A stretch of DNA of 64,000 nucleotides from an uncultured Chlamydiae bacterium (GCA_963730605.1 CAVSSM010000007.1:166806-230805), one strand, 5' to 3'. Numbered from the stretch's first letter, positions 1-10,577 are shown. Made by a program: numbers and translations. The notes: a model not told the origin generated them from the letters alone.

Positions 1-281
1 CCGGGTTTCAACTTCTCATCAATGAAAATGCCAGCATCGATGGATTGCAGGCGCCCTTGATTGAGAATACCGACCGTTTCTTTAGCCGCGTCACAAGTGC
101 GATCCGATGGCTTGTCCGGTGCAAGATATTGCCTGCCCATTTTAAAACCCTATTCGACCGTCTCACGCAAGATGGAAAGGCATTCGTTGAAGCCGACCGC
201 CTAAGATTAGTGACAAGCAGCCACTATGTAGTCGCTGAAAAACCAAGAGTTCCGCGTCAGCAAGAGTTTTTCAAGTCTTAA
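1..281 (+). CDS. C-terminal end of a gene entering from the left; resembles the C-terminal domain of sterol/SAM-dependent methyltransferases
   Basis: Frame open from position 3 to the stop at 281. The tail WLVRCKILPAH..LFDRL..DGKAFVEAD..LVTSSHYVVAEKP echoes the ERG6/SMT-type C-terminal pattern. Partial gene only. Confidence 0.4.
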   Translation, partial: GFQLLINENASIDGLQAPLIENTDRFFSRVTSAIRWLVRCKILPAHFKTLFDRLTQDGKAFVEADRLRLVTSSHYVVAEKPRVPRQQEFFKS

Positions 282-309
282 GCAAAAAAGTTTCTCAGGA
301 TTTGCTCTG

Positions 310-696
310 TTAACACCCGCTGCCAGGCATCAGCACGACTGGAATGAGGTGGTCGGCTGTTAGCGTGTAGGTCGCGCCCTGTATAAAGTCGATCCAGTTA
401 GTGACGTAATCGGGCTCTCCAGAACCTTTCGACCAGACCAGCACGCGGAATTGCTGTGCTTTTATAGGGATGGTGAGTTTGACTTCCCCTGTTTGAGAAA
501 CGGGTTGCAACGAGGAGGGATTCAGTTTTCCGCCATACATCAGAGTTTTGTTATTCACGTCTACATCTCTTGCAGAATTGGCCCATTGTACAGCCATTTT
601 CGACTGTTGCGTCGGATAAGCGCTCTGATTGTCGAGAAAGATGGATTCAGCGAAGAGAGAGGCTGTTAAGAAAAAGAACAAGCAAATTTTTTTCAT
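310..696 (-). CDS. Secreted hypothetical protein
   Basis: 128 aa ORF with Sec-type signal peptide MKKICLFFFLTASLFA; 17 bp downstream of the amidase gene. Confidence 0.75.
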   Translation of the reverse strand: MKKICLFFFLTASLFAESIFLDNQSAYPTQQSKMAVQWANSARDVDVNNKTLMYGGKLNPSSLQPVSQTGEVKLTIPIKAQQFRVLVWSKGSGEPDYVTNWIDFIQGATYTLTADHLIPVVLMPGSGC

Positions 697-713
697 GGTG
701 TTACCGGTTTAAG

Positions 714-1910
714 TTACTTAATTAAGAGTCCTTCTTGGGGCACGCATTGTGGGTTTGGATCGGGTTGCGGCGCTTGAAGAGGGAAGACTCCTTCCGAGCA
801 GAGGGTCGTCGTCCGTCCTTGTTGCTTAAAAACTTCTTTTGGAAGGTGGACGGTGACGTTTTTGATCATATTGACCGCTTCAGCGATTTCGAAGTCGCCG
901 ACCATGCTTAAGAATTGGTAACTCTCTTCGCGGGTGAATCCTTGCATCCGAACAAGGAAGTCGATTGTGTTTAGGGCGGCGAGCTTCATCGCTTCCATGA
1001 GATCCGTATGGAGGCCGACAAGCATCCAGTGGGTCTCGTTTTCGATAATGGGCCATGTAAAGACATCGCCCCCTTTGCGTTTTGTTTTATCGAAGACGCC
1101 TTTTGCCCGGAGATCTTTTCTCACGATAAATTGGAGGGTGATGCCTTCATATGAGGTTTCGAGGGCTGTAACATCGATCTCTCCGTTGCTCTGCATGGCG
1201 TGGGAATCGCCGGTCCAGACCAGCCCTCCTTTTTGGAAGACGGGAACGAAGAGGATGGAGCCTGCTTGCAGCTCTGGCTGATCTAAATTACCGGCAAAGG
1301 GGCCTGGTGGAACAGAATTGAATTCCCCTTTGACCGGTTGTGCGAGGGGAGTATCAATATCGACGGGCCACTCTTTTGGCCAGTCAAGAGGTGGGGCGAC
1401 AGCGATGATGCCTGGAAAGGGTTTGAGGGGAAGGCAAATGCCAGGTGAGAATTCGGTTGTGTTATGTTCTTTATCGAATTTGAAATACTTGATTTGGGGC
1501 TTGGAAAAGTTGTCAAAGATCCCTGCTGATGGGCTGAGGAAATTATATCCAAAGTCGCTGAGTTTAATATCGAGGACGCGGATCTCTAACACATCGCCCG
1601 GTTCGGCTCCTTCCACGTAAACGGGTCCGGTGAGCGAGTGCATGCCGCGTCTTTTTTGGATGTCGTGTTTCTGATAAAATTTGGCTACATCGGCAGGGGT
1701 TGTTACGTTATAGACCATGGCGTGGAGACAGCTATTCCAGGTCTCGAAAGTGACAGAGTCTCCAGAGTTTACTTTGACGACCGGGGGTTTATTCAGGGTA
1801 AAAAGTCCTAGAGTGACCGTTTCCGATGTTGCTGGGACATTGTAGGTTTTCCCCGCGAGAGTTGCAGTGATGAAAGTAGCAGTTGCGAGCAGGGTAAAAA
1901 ACTTCGTCAT
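714..1910 (-). CDS. Acetamidase/formamidase (FmdA/AmdA) family protein with signal peptide
   Basis: Motifs HSLTGPVYVEGAEPGDVLEIRVLDI, PFPGIIAVAP, GNLDQPEL, GDSHAMQSNGEID; hydrophobic N-terminus; RBS GGAG. Confidence 0.9.
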   Translation of the reverse strand: MTKFFTLLATATFITATLAGKTYNVPATSETVTLGLFTLNKPPVVKVNSGDSVTFETWNSCLHAMVYNVTTPADVAKFYQKHDIQKRRGMHSLTGPVYVEGAEPGDVLEIRVLDIKLSDFGYNFLSPSAGIFDNFSKPQIKYFKFDKEHNTTEFSPGICLPLKPFPGIIAVAPPLDWPKEWPVDIDTPLAQPVKGEFNSVPPGPFAGNLDQPELQAGSILFVPVFQKGGLVWTGDSHAMQSNGEIDVTALETSYEGITLQFIVRKDLRAKGVFDKTKRKGGDVFTWPIIENETHWMLVGLHTDLMEAMKLAALNTIDFLVRMQGFTREESYQFLSMVGDFEIAEAVNMIKNVTVHLPKEVFKQQGRTTTLCSEGVFPLQAPQPDPNPQCVPQEGLLIK

Positions 1911-1971
1911 TTCAGCTCCTGATTTCCAAATCTATATGTAATCGCTAATGTGGCTAAAGGCAAGAGAATAA

Positions 1972-3246
1972 TCAGAATAGAAAAGTCATCCGATTTGTGA
2001 GAGCGGCGACGTTTGATTTGTCGGGATGGGCGCCCGGATTGGGGATATAGCTGAGAGCGGATTCAAAGTAGATGGAGCTGAGGATTTGAAGTTGATAGTA
2101 GCCCTGGAGCATGAGTTCTGAGTAGCGGGAATAGAGGTGAGAATTGAGGCGCGACCAGGCCAAGCCAAATCCAAATGAGTCATTTGGCCGTTTGGGAATG
2201 AGTGCAAAAGCAGTTAGGCCTGCTCCTACAAATAAGTTCATCTCGAGCGTGCGGGAATTGTTCCAGCCGAATTGAAGAAAACTCGAGATATTGCCTTTAT
2301 TGGTGGAACTTGATGGTTTTGTCCAGAGCGCTTTTGAGGCAAATCCGTAGATGCCGCCTGTTCCTGTTTGGGTTTGGTTGCCATTTATGAGCTTTCCATT
2401 CTGAAACCATCCTCCAACGGCTGCGATCCCAGGCTTAGCAGAGGCCCAGCCATAACCAACTTCCATAATTGAGAAGTAATAGCCGTTAAAATGGGGGCCT
2501 AGCTTCAGTCCCGTTTGGACGCCTCTTGCTAAGCTGCCGTCAAAGACACCGAGATTGACATAGACTTCTTTAACTGGTGCGATGGTAGCGACCGCGCCAT
2601 ACACCGAATTGTAATAGCCGCCGATAGCTCCTAATAAGGTGGTATTTACGAAGATCGGCGTATAGGTCAAGCCGCTGACAGACGGGATACTGACGGCTGG
2701 ATTGCTAGTAGGGACTGGTTTCGATACGTTGTTAAAGTGGGCGATAGGGATGACTTTGCCTATGCGGAGTGTGAATTTCTCACCCCAAAATTTTTGGAGA
2801 AGCCAGAGTTGATAGAGTTCCGATCGATTTAGAGGAAAAGATCCGGTTAAGCTGTTATATCCTTGCACAACGCCTGCATCAGCGTTGGTCGGCTGTCCGT
2901 TAAATTGGAGAAACTCGCTGCCGAAATAGGCCCCTTTCCACCCAATGGATTTTTGCAAATCGATCAAGAGATCGATAATCAATACGCTGTTGCCGGTCCA
3001 GGGTCCGGTTCTTTGTCTACCGCTGAAGAGCGCGTTGCAATCGCCTATGTACATTCCTCCGAGGCGAACGCCTGAGTTTTCGGGAATCTGGAGCAGTTTA
3101 CCTAATTCTCCCGTACCAGTAACTGAGTTGACAGCGCCGGGGTTTCCGCTGATTCCATAGCTCTGTTCCGCCGAGTGGATAGAGGCTATGCCAGCAAAAA
3201 GACAAAAAGAGAGTAAGAGGCTGTGGATATGTTCCAAATTTGCCAT
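1972..3246 (-). CDS. OprB-like carbohydrate-selective porin
   Basis: Signal peptide, ELYQLWLLQKF..LRIGK, DSFGFGLAW, SELMLQGYYQLQ, YIPNPG, C-terminal Phe. Confidence 0.85.
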   Translation of the reverse strand: MANLEHIHSLLLSFCLFAGIASIHSAEQSYGISGNPGAVNSVTGTGELGKLLQIPENSGVRLGGMYIGDCNALFSGRQRTGPWTGNSVLIIDLLIDLQKSIGWKGAYFGSEFLQFNGQPTNADAGVVQGYNSLTGSFPLNRSELYQLWLLQKFWGEKFTLRIGKVIPIAHFNNVSKPVPTSNPAVSIPSVSGLTYTPIFVNTTLLGAIGGYYNSVYGAVATIAPVKEVYVNLGVFDGSLARGVQTGLKLGPHFNGYYFSIMEVGYGWASAKPGIAAVGGWFQNGKLINGNQTQTGTGGIYGFASKALWTKPSSSTNKGNISSFLQFGWNNSRTLEMNLFVGAGLTAFALIPKRPNDSFGFGLAWSRLNSHLYSRYSELMLQGYYQLQILSSIYFESALSYIPNPGAHPDKSNVAALTNRMTFLF

Positions 3247-3357
3247 AATTGGGAGCGCTTACGCTCTGCTCACAGCAATAGAGTATCCAGCCGATCCCTT
3301 TCTTTCAACAGGCGACAGTTGTCCGAGCATGAGGAAAATAGGGTCGAACTGTCTAAT

Positions 3358-5769
3358 CTAGGGCGTTTTCATTTTGCCATAGAGAACTCTCTTTACCCCA
3401 TCTTCAATGAACATCCAAACGAGAGTATAGAGCCATAGATAGCCAATGCCGGCCCATGAAACAGGCGTAACAAAAATGCCGACACCTACAATGAGAGCCG
3501 CGGTGATTTGGGTGAGGAGGATAGCCGTAAACAAGATGGGCGAAGGATAGGGTTTGGCAAAAAATGCTTGCTTTGTGCGAGCTATGAAGAGCGTTTGATG
3601 GCCGGCGATAGAGAGCTTCAAAAAAATTAAGGATTGGATTTCTGGCAAACTCAAATGGAAATAGGTTTTAATCATGATGAGGAGAAGAAAGGTTTCCAGC
3701 ACTCCAATGCATCCCAGAGCCGTGGCAATGATCAGCACTCGTTTCATTTTCCAACGGACCGGTTGGGTTTCTATGGAAGTATGGTCGTACGCAATCGTCA
3801 TGATCGGCAGGTCATTGAGCAACGCTAAAAGTAGGATCATCAATGCCGTGACTGGATAAAAATTGTAGATCAGGATGCAAGAGACCATGAAAAGCATGAC
3901 TCGAATGGTTTCTGTAATTCGATAAATGGAATAGCTGTTCATCCTTTCAAAAATGCATCTTGCCTCTTCAATCGCCTGAATGATGACGGACAACCCGGGA
4001 GCAGTTAAGACCAAAGAGGCCGCCGCTCTAGCCACGTCCGTTGCGCCGCTGACAGCGATCCCGACATCAGCTTGTTTTAAAGCCGGAGCATCGTTCACCC
4101 CGTCGCCAGTCATGCCTACAATGTGTTTTTTGTCCTGCAGGTATTTGACAATTTGATACTTGTGTTCTGGAAATACCTGAGCAAACCCATCGACTTGATC
4201 GATTTGAGGTCCGAGGTGATCGAAATCTTCCGCTGTTTGAATCTCCTTTCCCATCGCCAGTTGCTGTGCGATCTCTCTTGCTATCGCGATATTATCCCCG
4301 GTGAGCATCTGCACTTTGATTCCGTGCTCCACAGCACGGGCAATCGTTTCTTGAGAGTCTTCTCGGAGCGGGTCGGAGAGAGTGAGCAATCCTAGAAATT
4401 GCCATGTTTTTTTATCATCTCCGCTGCTGGCGACGCCGAGTGTCCTATACCCCTTTTCAGCGAGGGCATTGATGGCCGTTTTGACCTCGATTTCCAATTG
4501 AGAATCTGGATGGCAAAGAGACAAAATAACTTGAGGGGCTCCTTTGGTCACATAGAAAATATTTCCTTCGGGTGCGATGACTGCCGCTTCCGTCCGTTTG
4601 ATGACGGGATCGAAGGGAGTAAATTTGACTTGCTTAAAGGGAGATAAGATACCGCTATTATTAAAGCCATTGATCACGGCCAAATCGATCGGATCTTGGT
4701 TCTCCGCCTTGGACGCTAAACATCCGCAGATCAATAGCGTTTCCACTTCCCCATTTTGGAAGACGATTGGGTCGCCTAATTTCAGCTTGTTTTGCGTGAG
4801 AGTCCCTGTTTTATCGCAACACAGGACATCTATGCCTGCCATTTCTTCAATGGACTCGAGTTTTGTGACCACGGCTTTCATTTTGGACAGTTTTAAAGCG
4901 CCAAGGGCCATGGTCACTGAAAGAACTGCTGGCAGGGCAACTGGGATGGAAGCGATGATCAAGATCAGTACGAATTGAATGAGAACGAGGAATGAGTCGC
5001 CTCTCAAAAGTTGAACAATGATAATCAAGAAAGCCAACCCTAAGCTGATGTAAATGAGATAATTGCCAATTTGCAACACGGCCTTTTGGAAATGGGAAGC
5101 CGCTCCGGCTTCTCCTACGAGTTGGGCCGTTTTGCCAAAAAACGTGTTTTGCCCAGTCGCAATTACATATGCATCCATTTCTCCCTGTTTTGCGATGGAT
5201 CCTGAAAAAACTAAATCGCCCGCTTTCTTCGATACCGGCAAAGATTCACCCGTCAGCGTCGATTGGTCTACTGTGAGATAATCGCCAACGACTAGTTTGG
5301 CATCTGCGGAAATAAGATTGCCTAAATGCAAGCGAATGAGATCCCCGGGCACGAGTTCCGATGACTCGATTTCTATCCATTTCTCGTCGCGCTTCACAAG
5401 ACTCTTGAGAGCCAATCTTTTTTTCAGGGCTTTAATTGCATTCCCGGCTTGATATTCTTCAAAAAACGCAACTAAACCATTCACGAGAAGAAGGACCAAG
5501 ATGATGATCAAATTCGACCAGTGGTTAAGAATTGCTGATAAAATTGCTGCGAATTCGATCATCCAAGGGATGGGGCCCCAAAAATAGGAGAGGAACTGCA
5601 GAAGGAGATTGGCTTTCTTTTCTTCAATTTTATTAGGACCATATTGGGATAGCCGTTTCTCGGCCTCAGCTCGGGACAGTCCTTCCAACGAGGACCCCAA
5701 TTTTTTCTCGACTTCCGTCAAAGATAGGGTTTCCCATTCGTCTTTTTCCCTCACTATGAGCCGCTCCAT
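3358..5769 (-). CDS. Plasma-membrane-type proton-efflux P-type ATPase (P3A family)
   Basis: [21 protein letters not shown] phosphorylation motif, [27 protein letters not shown]. The likely start is ATG 5769; the longer ORF runs into a MITE. Confidence 0.93.
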   Translation of the reverse strand: MERLIVREKDEWETLSLTEVEKKLGSSLEGLSRAEAEKRLSQYGPNKIEEKKANLLLQFLSYFWGPIPWMIEFAAILSAILNHWSNLIIILVLLLVNGLVAFFEEYQAGNAIKALKKRLALKSLVKRDEKWIEIESSELVPGDLIRLHLGNLISADAKLVVGDYLTVDQSTLTGESLPVSKKAGDLVFSGSIAKQGEMDAYVIATGQNTFFGKTAQLVGEAGAASHFQKAVLQIGNYLIYISLGLAFLIIIVQLLRGDSFLVLIQFVLILIIASIPVALPAVLSVTMALGALKLSKMKAVVTKLESIEEMAGIDVLCCDKTGTLTQNKLKLGDPIVFQNGEVETLLICGCLASKAENQDPIDLAVINGFNNSGILSPFKQVKFTPFDPVIKRTEAAVIAPEGNIFYVTKGAPQVILSLCHPDSQLEIEVKTAINALAEKGYRTLGVASSGDDKKTWQFLGLLTLSDPLREDSQETIARAVEHGIKVQMLTGDNIAIAREIAQQLAMGKEIQTAEDFDHLGPQIDQVDGFAQVFPEHKYQIVKYLQDKKHIVGMTGDGVNDAPALKQADVGIAVSGATDVARAAASLVLTAPGLSVIIQAIEEARCIFERMNSYSIYRITETIRVMLFMVSCILIYNFYPVTALMILLLALLNDLPIMTIAYDHTSIETQPVRWKMKRVLIIATALGCIGVLETFLLLIMIKTYFHLSLPEIQSLIFLKLSIAGHQTLFIARTKQAFFAKPYPSPILFTAILLTQITAALIVGVGIFVTPVSWAGIGYLWLYTLVWMFIEDGVKRVLYGKMKTP

Positions 5770-5816
5770 TTCCAGTTTCGGATTCCGAGCATGTCTTGAT
5801 CGTGCTTGGCGATGTA

Positions 5817-6009
5817 TACCGCTCGTGATTGAAAAATCGGTTCTGGTGGCGCCCCACCCCAAAGACGATGCGTCTTCAGGGACCCCGGACCCGGCGCCGG
5901 CAGAGCCTGGCTCAAATTCAGGCTGCTTCCCTTGAAAAAGCTCGACCCCCCGAGCTTTTTCAAGTGTCCGCAGCCTTGCCATATTCCGATTTTTGAATCC
6001 CTCCCGGTA
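5817..6009. mobile_element. IS630-derived MITE (193 bp)
   Basis: TA flanks on both sides. Ends TACCGCTCGTGATTGAAAA and TTTTGAATCCCTCCCGGTA match the ends of the IS630 at 16387-17503. Internal hairpin TTGAAAAAGCTCG...CGAGCTTTTTCAA. Confidence 0.8.
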
Positions 6010-6018
6010 TAAGGTTTA

Positions 6019-6194
6019 GAGGGTGTCTGCAAAGTGAGGTTCTGTCGATTTTTCGGTTCTTTTGAGCCGATTTTCGATTCAAGACTTGGGGGGCAATATC
6101 GATCGCACAGTATATGGCCCCCCAAGCTTTGAAGTCGAAAAGCGGCCAAAATAATCCAAAAACTCGGGCGTTCCCTCACTTTGTAGACACCCTC
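6019..6194. mobile_element. MITE copy 1 (IS5/IS1031-like ends)
   Basis: TIR GAGGGTGTCTRCAAAGTGAGG; TTA flanks on both sides; near-identical inverted copy at 7035-7207. Confidence 0.85.
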
Positions 6195-6330
6195 TTATGT
6201 TCGATGAGTTTATTTTGCATGAGCTGTTTGAGATAGTCCTCCACAACCTTCTCTTTAAATTATGAATCATTATAATGCAAAAAGAACAGCTCTACACAGC
6301 CTGCGGCGACAAGAAAGTTATAGGTGACTG

Positions 6331-6969
6331 TTGCGAATCTTCCTTCTTGCTCTGCCTTCTCTTCTCTCTGCGTCACTCAATGGACCCGGTGATTTTCAAA
6401 TCTGGCAACGCAATTTTATCGTGAAACATTTTGCTCATAACTGGAGCGCTTGGTTAATTTCTGAACTGAGATGGGGCGATACAGCCTCTCAATTCTACAG
6501 CGCCATTCTCCATGCCCAATTGTATTATGCACCTCGACCTTGGATTGTCATCGGACCGGGTTATGAGCAAGTATGGACCAAGGAGCCCCCTCTCGTTATA
6601 TGGGAAAAACAGTATATCCCTTTGGCCGATGCCATCTTCCGAGCGAGGTTTGATGGATGGGAAATTCAGGATCGCAATCGGTTGGAATACATTTTCTTTG
6701 ATTCTAGCCCAGATCATTGGCTCTATCGCAACCGTTTTCGAATCATCGCTCCATCCATGCTCCAAAGCCCTCGCATCTCATTTTTCACAGATAATGAGTT
6801 GTATTGGCTTGAATCCAATGGAATTTCCGAAGATCGTATCTCTTTTGGTCTGATGCTCCAATGGCTGGACAATTGGGGAGGCGAAGTCTTTTATATGGCC
6901 CGGCTGCTACATCAAGATAGCTGGATCTGTAACAGTGTGATCACTTTCGATTTCCTTTTTTCTTTTTAA
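6331..6969 (+). CDS. DUF2490-like outer-membrane beta-barrel protein
   Basis: Signal-like N-terminus, DRNRLEY..., YRNRFRI, FFTDNELY, C-terminal Phe. Confidence 0.7.
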   Translation: MRIFLLALPSLLSASLNGPGDFQIWQRNFIVKHFAHNWSAWLISELRWGDTASQFYSAILHAQLYYAPRPWIVIGPGYEQVWTKEPPLVIWEKQYIPLADAIFRARFDGWEIQDRNRLEYIFFDSSPDHWLYRNRFRIIAPSMLQSPRISFFTDNELYWLESNGISEDRISFGLMLQWLDNWGGEVFYMARLLHQDSWICNSVITFDFLFSF

Positions 6970-7034
6970 AAAACCCAACTATTATGCACATGTACGGAGA
7001 TTTTTTAAGAGGATGTTAGCAATTTAAGCATTTA

Positions 7035-7207
7035 GAGGGTGTCTACAAAGTGAGGGAACGCCCGAGTTTTTGGATTATTTTGGCCGCTTTTCGACTTCAA
7101 AGCTTGGTGGGCCATATACTGTTGTCGATATTGCCCCCAAGTCTTGAATTGAAAATCGGCTCAAAAGAACCGAAAAATCGACAGAACCTCACATTGTAGA
7201 CACCCTC
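7035..7207. mobile_element. MITE copy 2 (inverted relative to 6019-6194)
   Basis: Reverse complement of copy 1 with few differences; TTA/TGA flanks. Confidence 0.85.
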
Positions 7208-7279
7208 TGATCCTCACCTCAAGTAAGGCACTAATCTTGATGGTGTTTGAGAAATTGCCGGTTAGTGATGCGGTAAAAT

Positions 7280-8506
7280 TGTCAAAAATTGGACTTAATC
7301 TGACACCCGTGCTATGAGCACGTAAAAAGAACCTAAATGAAAAGAGACCGAATCAGTACCGCTGGCCGGCCCCTTTTTGATTAACTATGGTGTCAATCAT
7401 GAATGTAACACAAAATGAAAAAGTGATCAAAAACAAATTAGGCCTACTCAACCTGGCTAGAACCCTCGGGAATGTCACCCAGGCCTGTCGTACACTGGGT
7501 TACTCCAGGGACAGCTTCTATCGATTTAAAGAACTCTACGAGAACGGTGGAGAGATCGCGCTGCAGGAGATTAGCCGCAGAAAACCATGCATGAAAAATC
7601 GTGTTGAAGGATATGTAGAACAGGCAGTTATAGATTTTGCTGTTGAAAATCCAGCCTATGGCCCCGTTCGAGTAGTCAATGAACTGAAGAAGCGTGCCAT
7701 TACGATCTCTGCTGGTGGAGTGCGTTCGATCTGGATACGGCATGATTTGGAGACTTTCTCTAAACGCTTGAAAGCCCTTGAGGCTCATTCTGCTAAAGCG
7801 GGAATCATTCTGATAGAGGATCAGGTCCGAGCTCTCGAAAGGGCCAAGGAAGAAAAAGTAGCCCATGGAGAAATTGAAACCGAACATCCCGGTTACTTGA
7901 TTGCTCAAGATACTTATTATGTGGGGACTATCAAGGGCGTTGGACGTATATATCAGCAGACGGTGATCGATACCTATGCAAAAGTCTCATTTGCCAAACT
8001 TTATGATCGCAAAAATGCAATCACAGCAGCAGATTTTCTGAATGACAAGGTGATTCCTTGGTTCGAGGAGCAAGATGTTCGGATTCTAAGAATTCTCACT
8101 GATCGTGGAAGCGAATATTGCGGTAAAATCGAGCGCCATGAGTTTCAGCTCTACCTGGCCATCGAGGATATCGATCACACAAGGACTAAAACTAAATCTC
8201 CACAGACCAATGGGATTTGCGAAAGGTTTCACCAAACGATTCAAAATGAGTTTTATGCGGTCGCTTTTCGAAAGAAATTGTATCGATCTCTGGAAGAACT
8301 CCAGGGGGATGTAGATAAATGGCTCGATGAGTATAATAGCTCTCGACCTCATTCAGGGAGGAAGTACTGCTATGGTAGAACGCCGATGGCGACTTTCCAA
8401 GAGACGCGGCATTTAGCGAAAGCAAAGATGCTGGATGAGATTCAACCGACAGCCCAAGTAACTGTCAGATGAGTCTTGACTGTCAGATTAAGTACTGATT
8501 AGGACA
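7280..8506 (+). mobile_element. IS481-family insertion sequence
   Basis: 26-bp TIRs starting TGTC and ending ACTTAATCTGACA; flanks GGTAAAAT/GGTAAAT. Confidence 0.9.
7387..8472 (+). CDS. IS481-family transposase
   Basis: [49 protein letters not shown] (rve DDE). Confidence 0.93.
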   Translation: MVSIMNVTQNEKVIKNKLGLLNLARTLGNVTQACRTLGYSRDSFYRFKELYENGGEIALQEISRRKPCMKNRVEGYVEQAVIDFAVENPAYGPVRVVNELKKRAITISAGGVRSIWIRHDLETFSKRLKALEAHSAKAGIILIEDQVRALERAKEEKVAHGEIETEHPGYLIAQDTYYVGTIKGVGRIYQQTVIDTYAKVSFAKLYDRKNAITAADFLNDKVIPWFEEQDVRILRILTDRGSEYCGKIERHEFQLYLAIEDIDHTRTKTKSPQTNGICERFHQTIQNEFYAVAFRKKLYRSLEELQGDVDKWLDEYNSSRPHSGRKYCYGRTPMATFQETRHLAKAKMLDEIQPTAQVTVR

Positions 8507-8576
8507 GGTAAATCCCATTCGAGGGATTAGCGGTTACTTCACCGGAAGGATTATTCTCCTCTTCTTCACTGAAATC

Positions 8577-9364
8577 TGAGGTGGACCCAATCGACTGGAC
8601 AACTTTTTAGGCTAAACTAGTTTGCCTCTACCGTTTCGTTTTCCTTCTTTGAGAAGGAACAACGGCTGCTGTCGGTTGAGCAGCCTATCAAAACAACAGA
8701 TTTACTCACAACTGTTTTTTAATACACACTCCTTTGCTCTTTGTTCAGAGCTACACATATCTTCAGATCCGCAGGTAAACAGAAGCACGGGGGAACCCCC
8801 GTGCGCGCGCGCGGGCGCGACCCGGTGTTCATTGTGCATAGTGCACCTCGTGAGGTGTTTTGTAGCCGAGCGCCTGGTGTGGTCTCTTGGTGTTGTAGTA
8901 CTGAAAATAGCTGGCAAGGCCGATCCTTGCTTCAGGCACGCTTTGGTAGTCTTGCAAATACACGTTCTCATACTTCACCGATCTCCATAGCCGTTCCACG
9001 AACACGTTGTCCAAGGCGCGGCCTCGGCCGTCCATGCTGAAGCGAATATCGCGGCCAATCACCGCCTGAACGAACTCTTTCGAGGTAAATTGCACGCCTT
9101 GGTCGGTATTGAAGATTTTGGGCCTCCCGTGCTGTTCTATCGCTTCTTCGAGGGCATCCAGGCAAAAGCTCGTCTCCAAGCTGTTGGAGAGGCGAATTGG
9201 CTAAGCGTTTTATCCTCTCGCAGCGCTTCCAATGCGACCTTCTTTTTGAACGCGGCTGTTCGAGGGGTTCGTGGCCTCTTGGTCATTTCTTTATCTCCAT
9301 GCTCAGTGGGTTAAGTAGCATGAAGCAAACTAACTAACCTGTCCAGTTTTCGGGGTCCACTTCA
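8577..9364 (-). mobile_element. Internally deleted IS3-family element (orfA stub plus orfB C-terminus 8829-9179)
   Basis: TIRs TGAGGTGGACCC..ACTGGACA and TGTCCAGT..GGGTCCACTTCA; ATC target duplication; NTDQGVQF, DNVFVERLWRSVKYE. Confidence 0.9.
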
Positions 9365-9985
9365 ATCTTGAGCCAGCATCATTGTCCTCATCGCTTCCAC
9401 AGTATCTTCATAATCTTCAGTGTCTGATAGAGAGGAGGTATTAACCCCATTCGAGGTATTATAGGTTTCTTCATCGGAAGATTGAGCATCATTGGCCTCA
9501 TCGCTATCTTCATATTCTTCGCTGAAAACTTGAAAGTGAAAGCGTTTGACGTCATCGATTTCTCTACTGTAATTTTGGAAGCCATTGACCCCATCGCTAT
9601 TATCTTCATTCTCTGACGGTGGAGGGGAAGTTTCGATTATCCCAGGCTCAGCTTCATTCTCTGACGATGGAGGGGAAGTTTCGATTATCCCAGGCTCAGC
9701 TTCATTCTCTGACGATGGAGGGGAAGTAGGAGGCTGTTGAATCGCTGTTGGGTTATCCACATTCAAAGGAGTTCCTATCCGCTCCAGAGTATTAGTTGTA
9801 GAGACGTTATTTCTGGCCTGTTGCCTATTATCTTGATCAAAAAAAGAGAAAATCGGTTTTGATGATTCAGAAATGCGATTAGAAATATTTGCGAATATTT
9901 CATCTTGGAATGTGCTGGTTTGTTCAGATTCAGTTTTCCTACCCTTGACAACAAATTGAGCTATGTATTTTTCAATATTAATCAT
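9362..9985 (-). pseudogene. Acidic low-complexity repeat protein (effector-like), interrupted by IS3 and IS481
   Basis: The stop codon is supplied by the IS3 TIR. The frame resumes left of the IS3 (DFSEEEENNPSGEVTANPSNGIY) up to the IS481. Confidence 0.65.
9604..9727 (-). repeat. 48-bp coding tandem repeat, about 2.6 copies (TSPPSSENEAEPGIIE)
   Basis: Direct inspection of the repeated unit cttcattctctgacgatggaggggaagtttcgattatcccaggctcag. Confidence 0.92.
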
Positions 9986-10577
9986 TTGGTCTCTTTTGTT
10001 ATTTAGTTATATTTATCATTATACTAAATAATTTATTTTAAATCAATTAATTTTTTTAAATAATCAGTTCGTGAAAATGCGTAACATACTGATGATCAGT
10101 TGTTTACAAAAAAGAAGCTTCAGTATATTGCTGATACTAAGTTTGTTGAGAAAAAAGCAAAACAAATCCTAATAAAGACCTGCTTTATGAAGGCCCAATT
10201 TCCCCTACTTCTTCGCTAGTCATCGCAAGTGGGAGAAGAAAGCATGGCAGAAGGCCAGCTCCAATAAGCCCTCAGTACTATACTGCTCCCACCCAAAAAA
10301 TGTGAATCTGCCGGCGTCAGCTTGGCAGCATATTTTTGGTCTTCACTTCGGGCCGTGTCTATGAACACGTCCCTCGTTCCAGAGCCAAAAATCTGCGCCG
10401 CTTCCTTTGCATTTTTCACACTTTTTGAGCGGTCGCAGTATACATGTTTAGGACTACCGAATTTCGCAATCAATCTTCGAATCTGCGAAATTGAATCTGG
10501 TGATTCAAACCATTTGGCAACACCCTCTGACAAAGACGGCTATTTTTTCAAAATGCCAATTGTGGTAGGAAAAAGGA

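Noticed and set aside
9604..9727. CRISPR-like array
   Set aside because: The units are identical in-frame coding repeats with no unique spacers, and there are no cas genes
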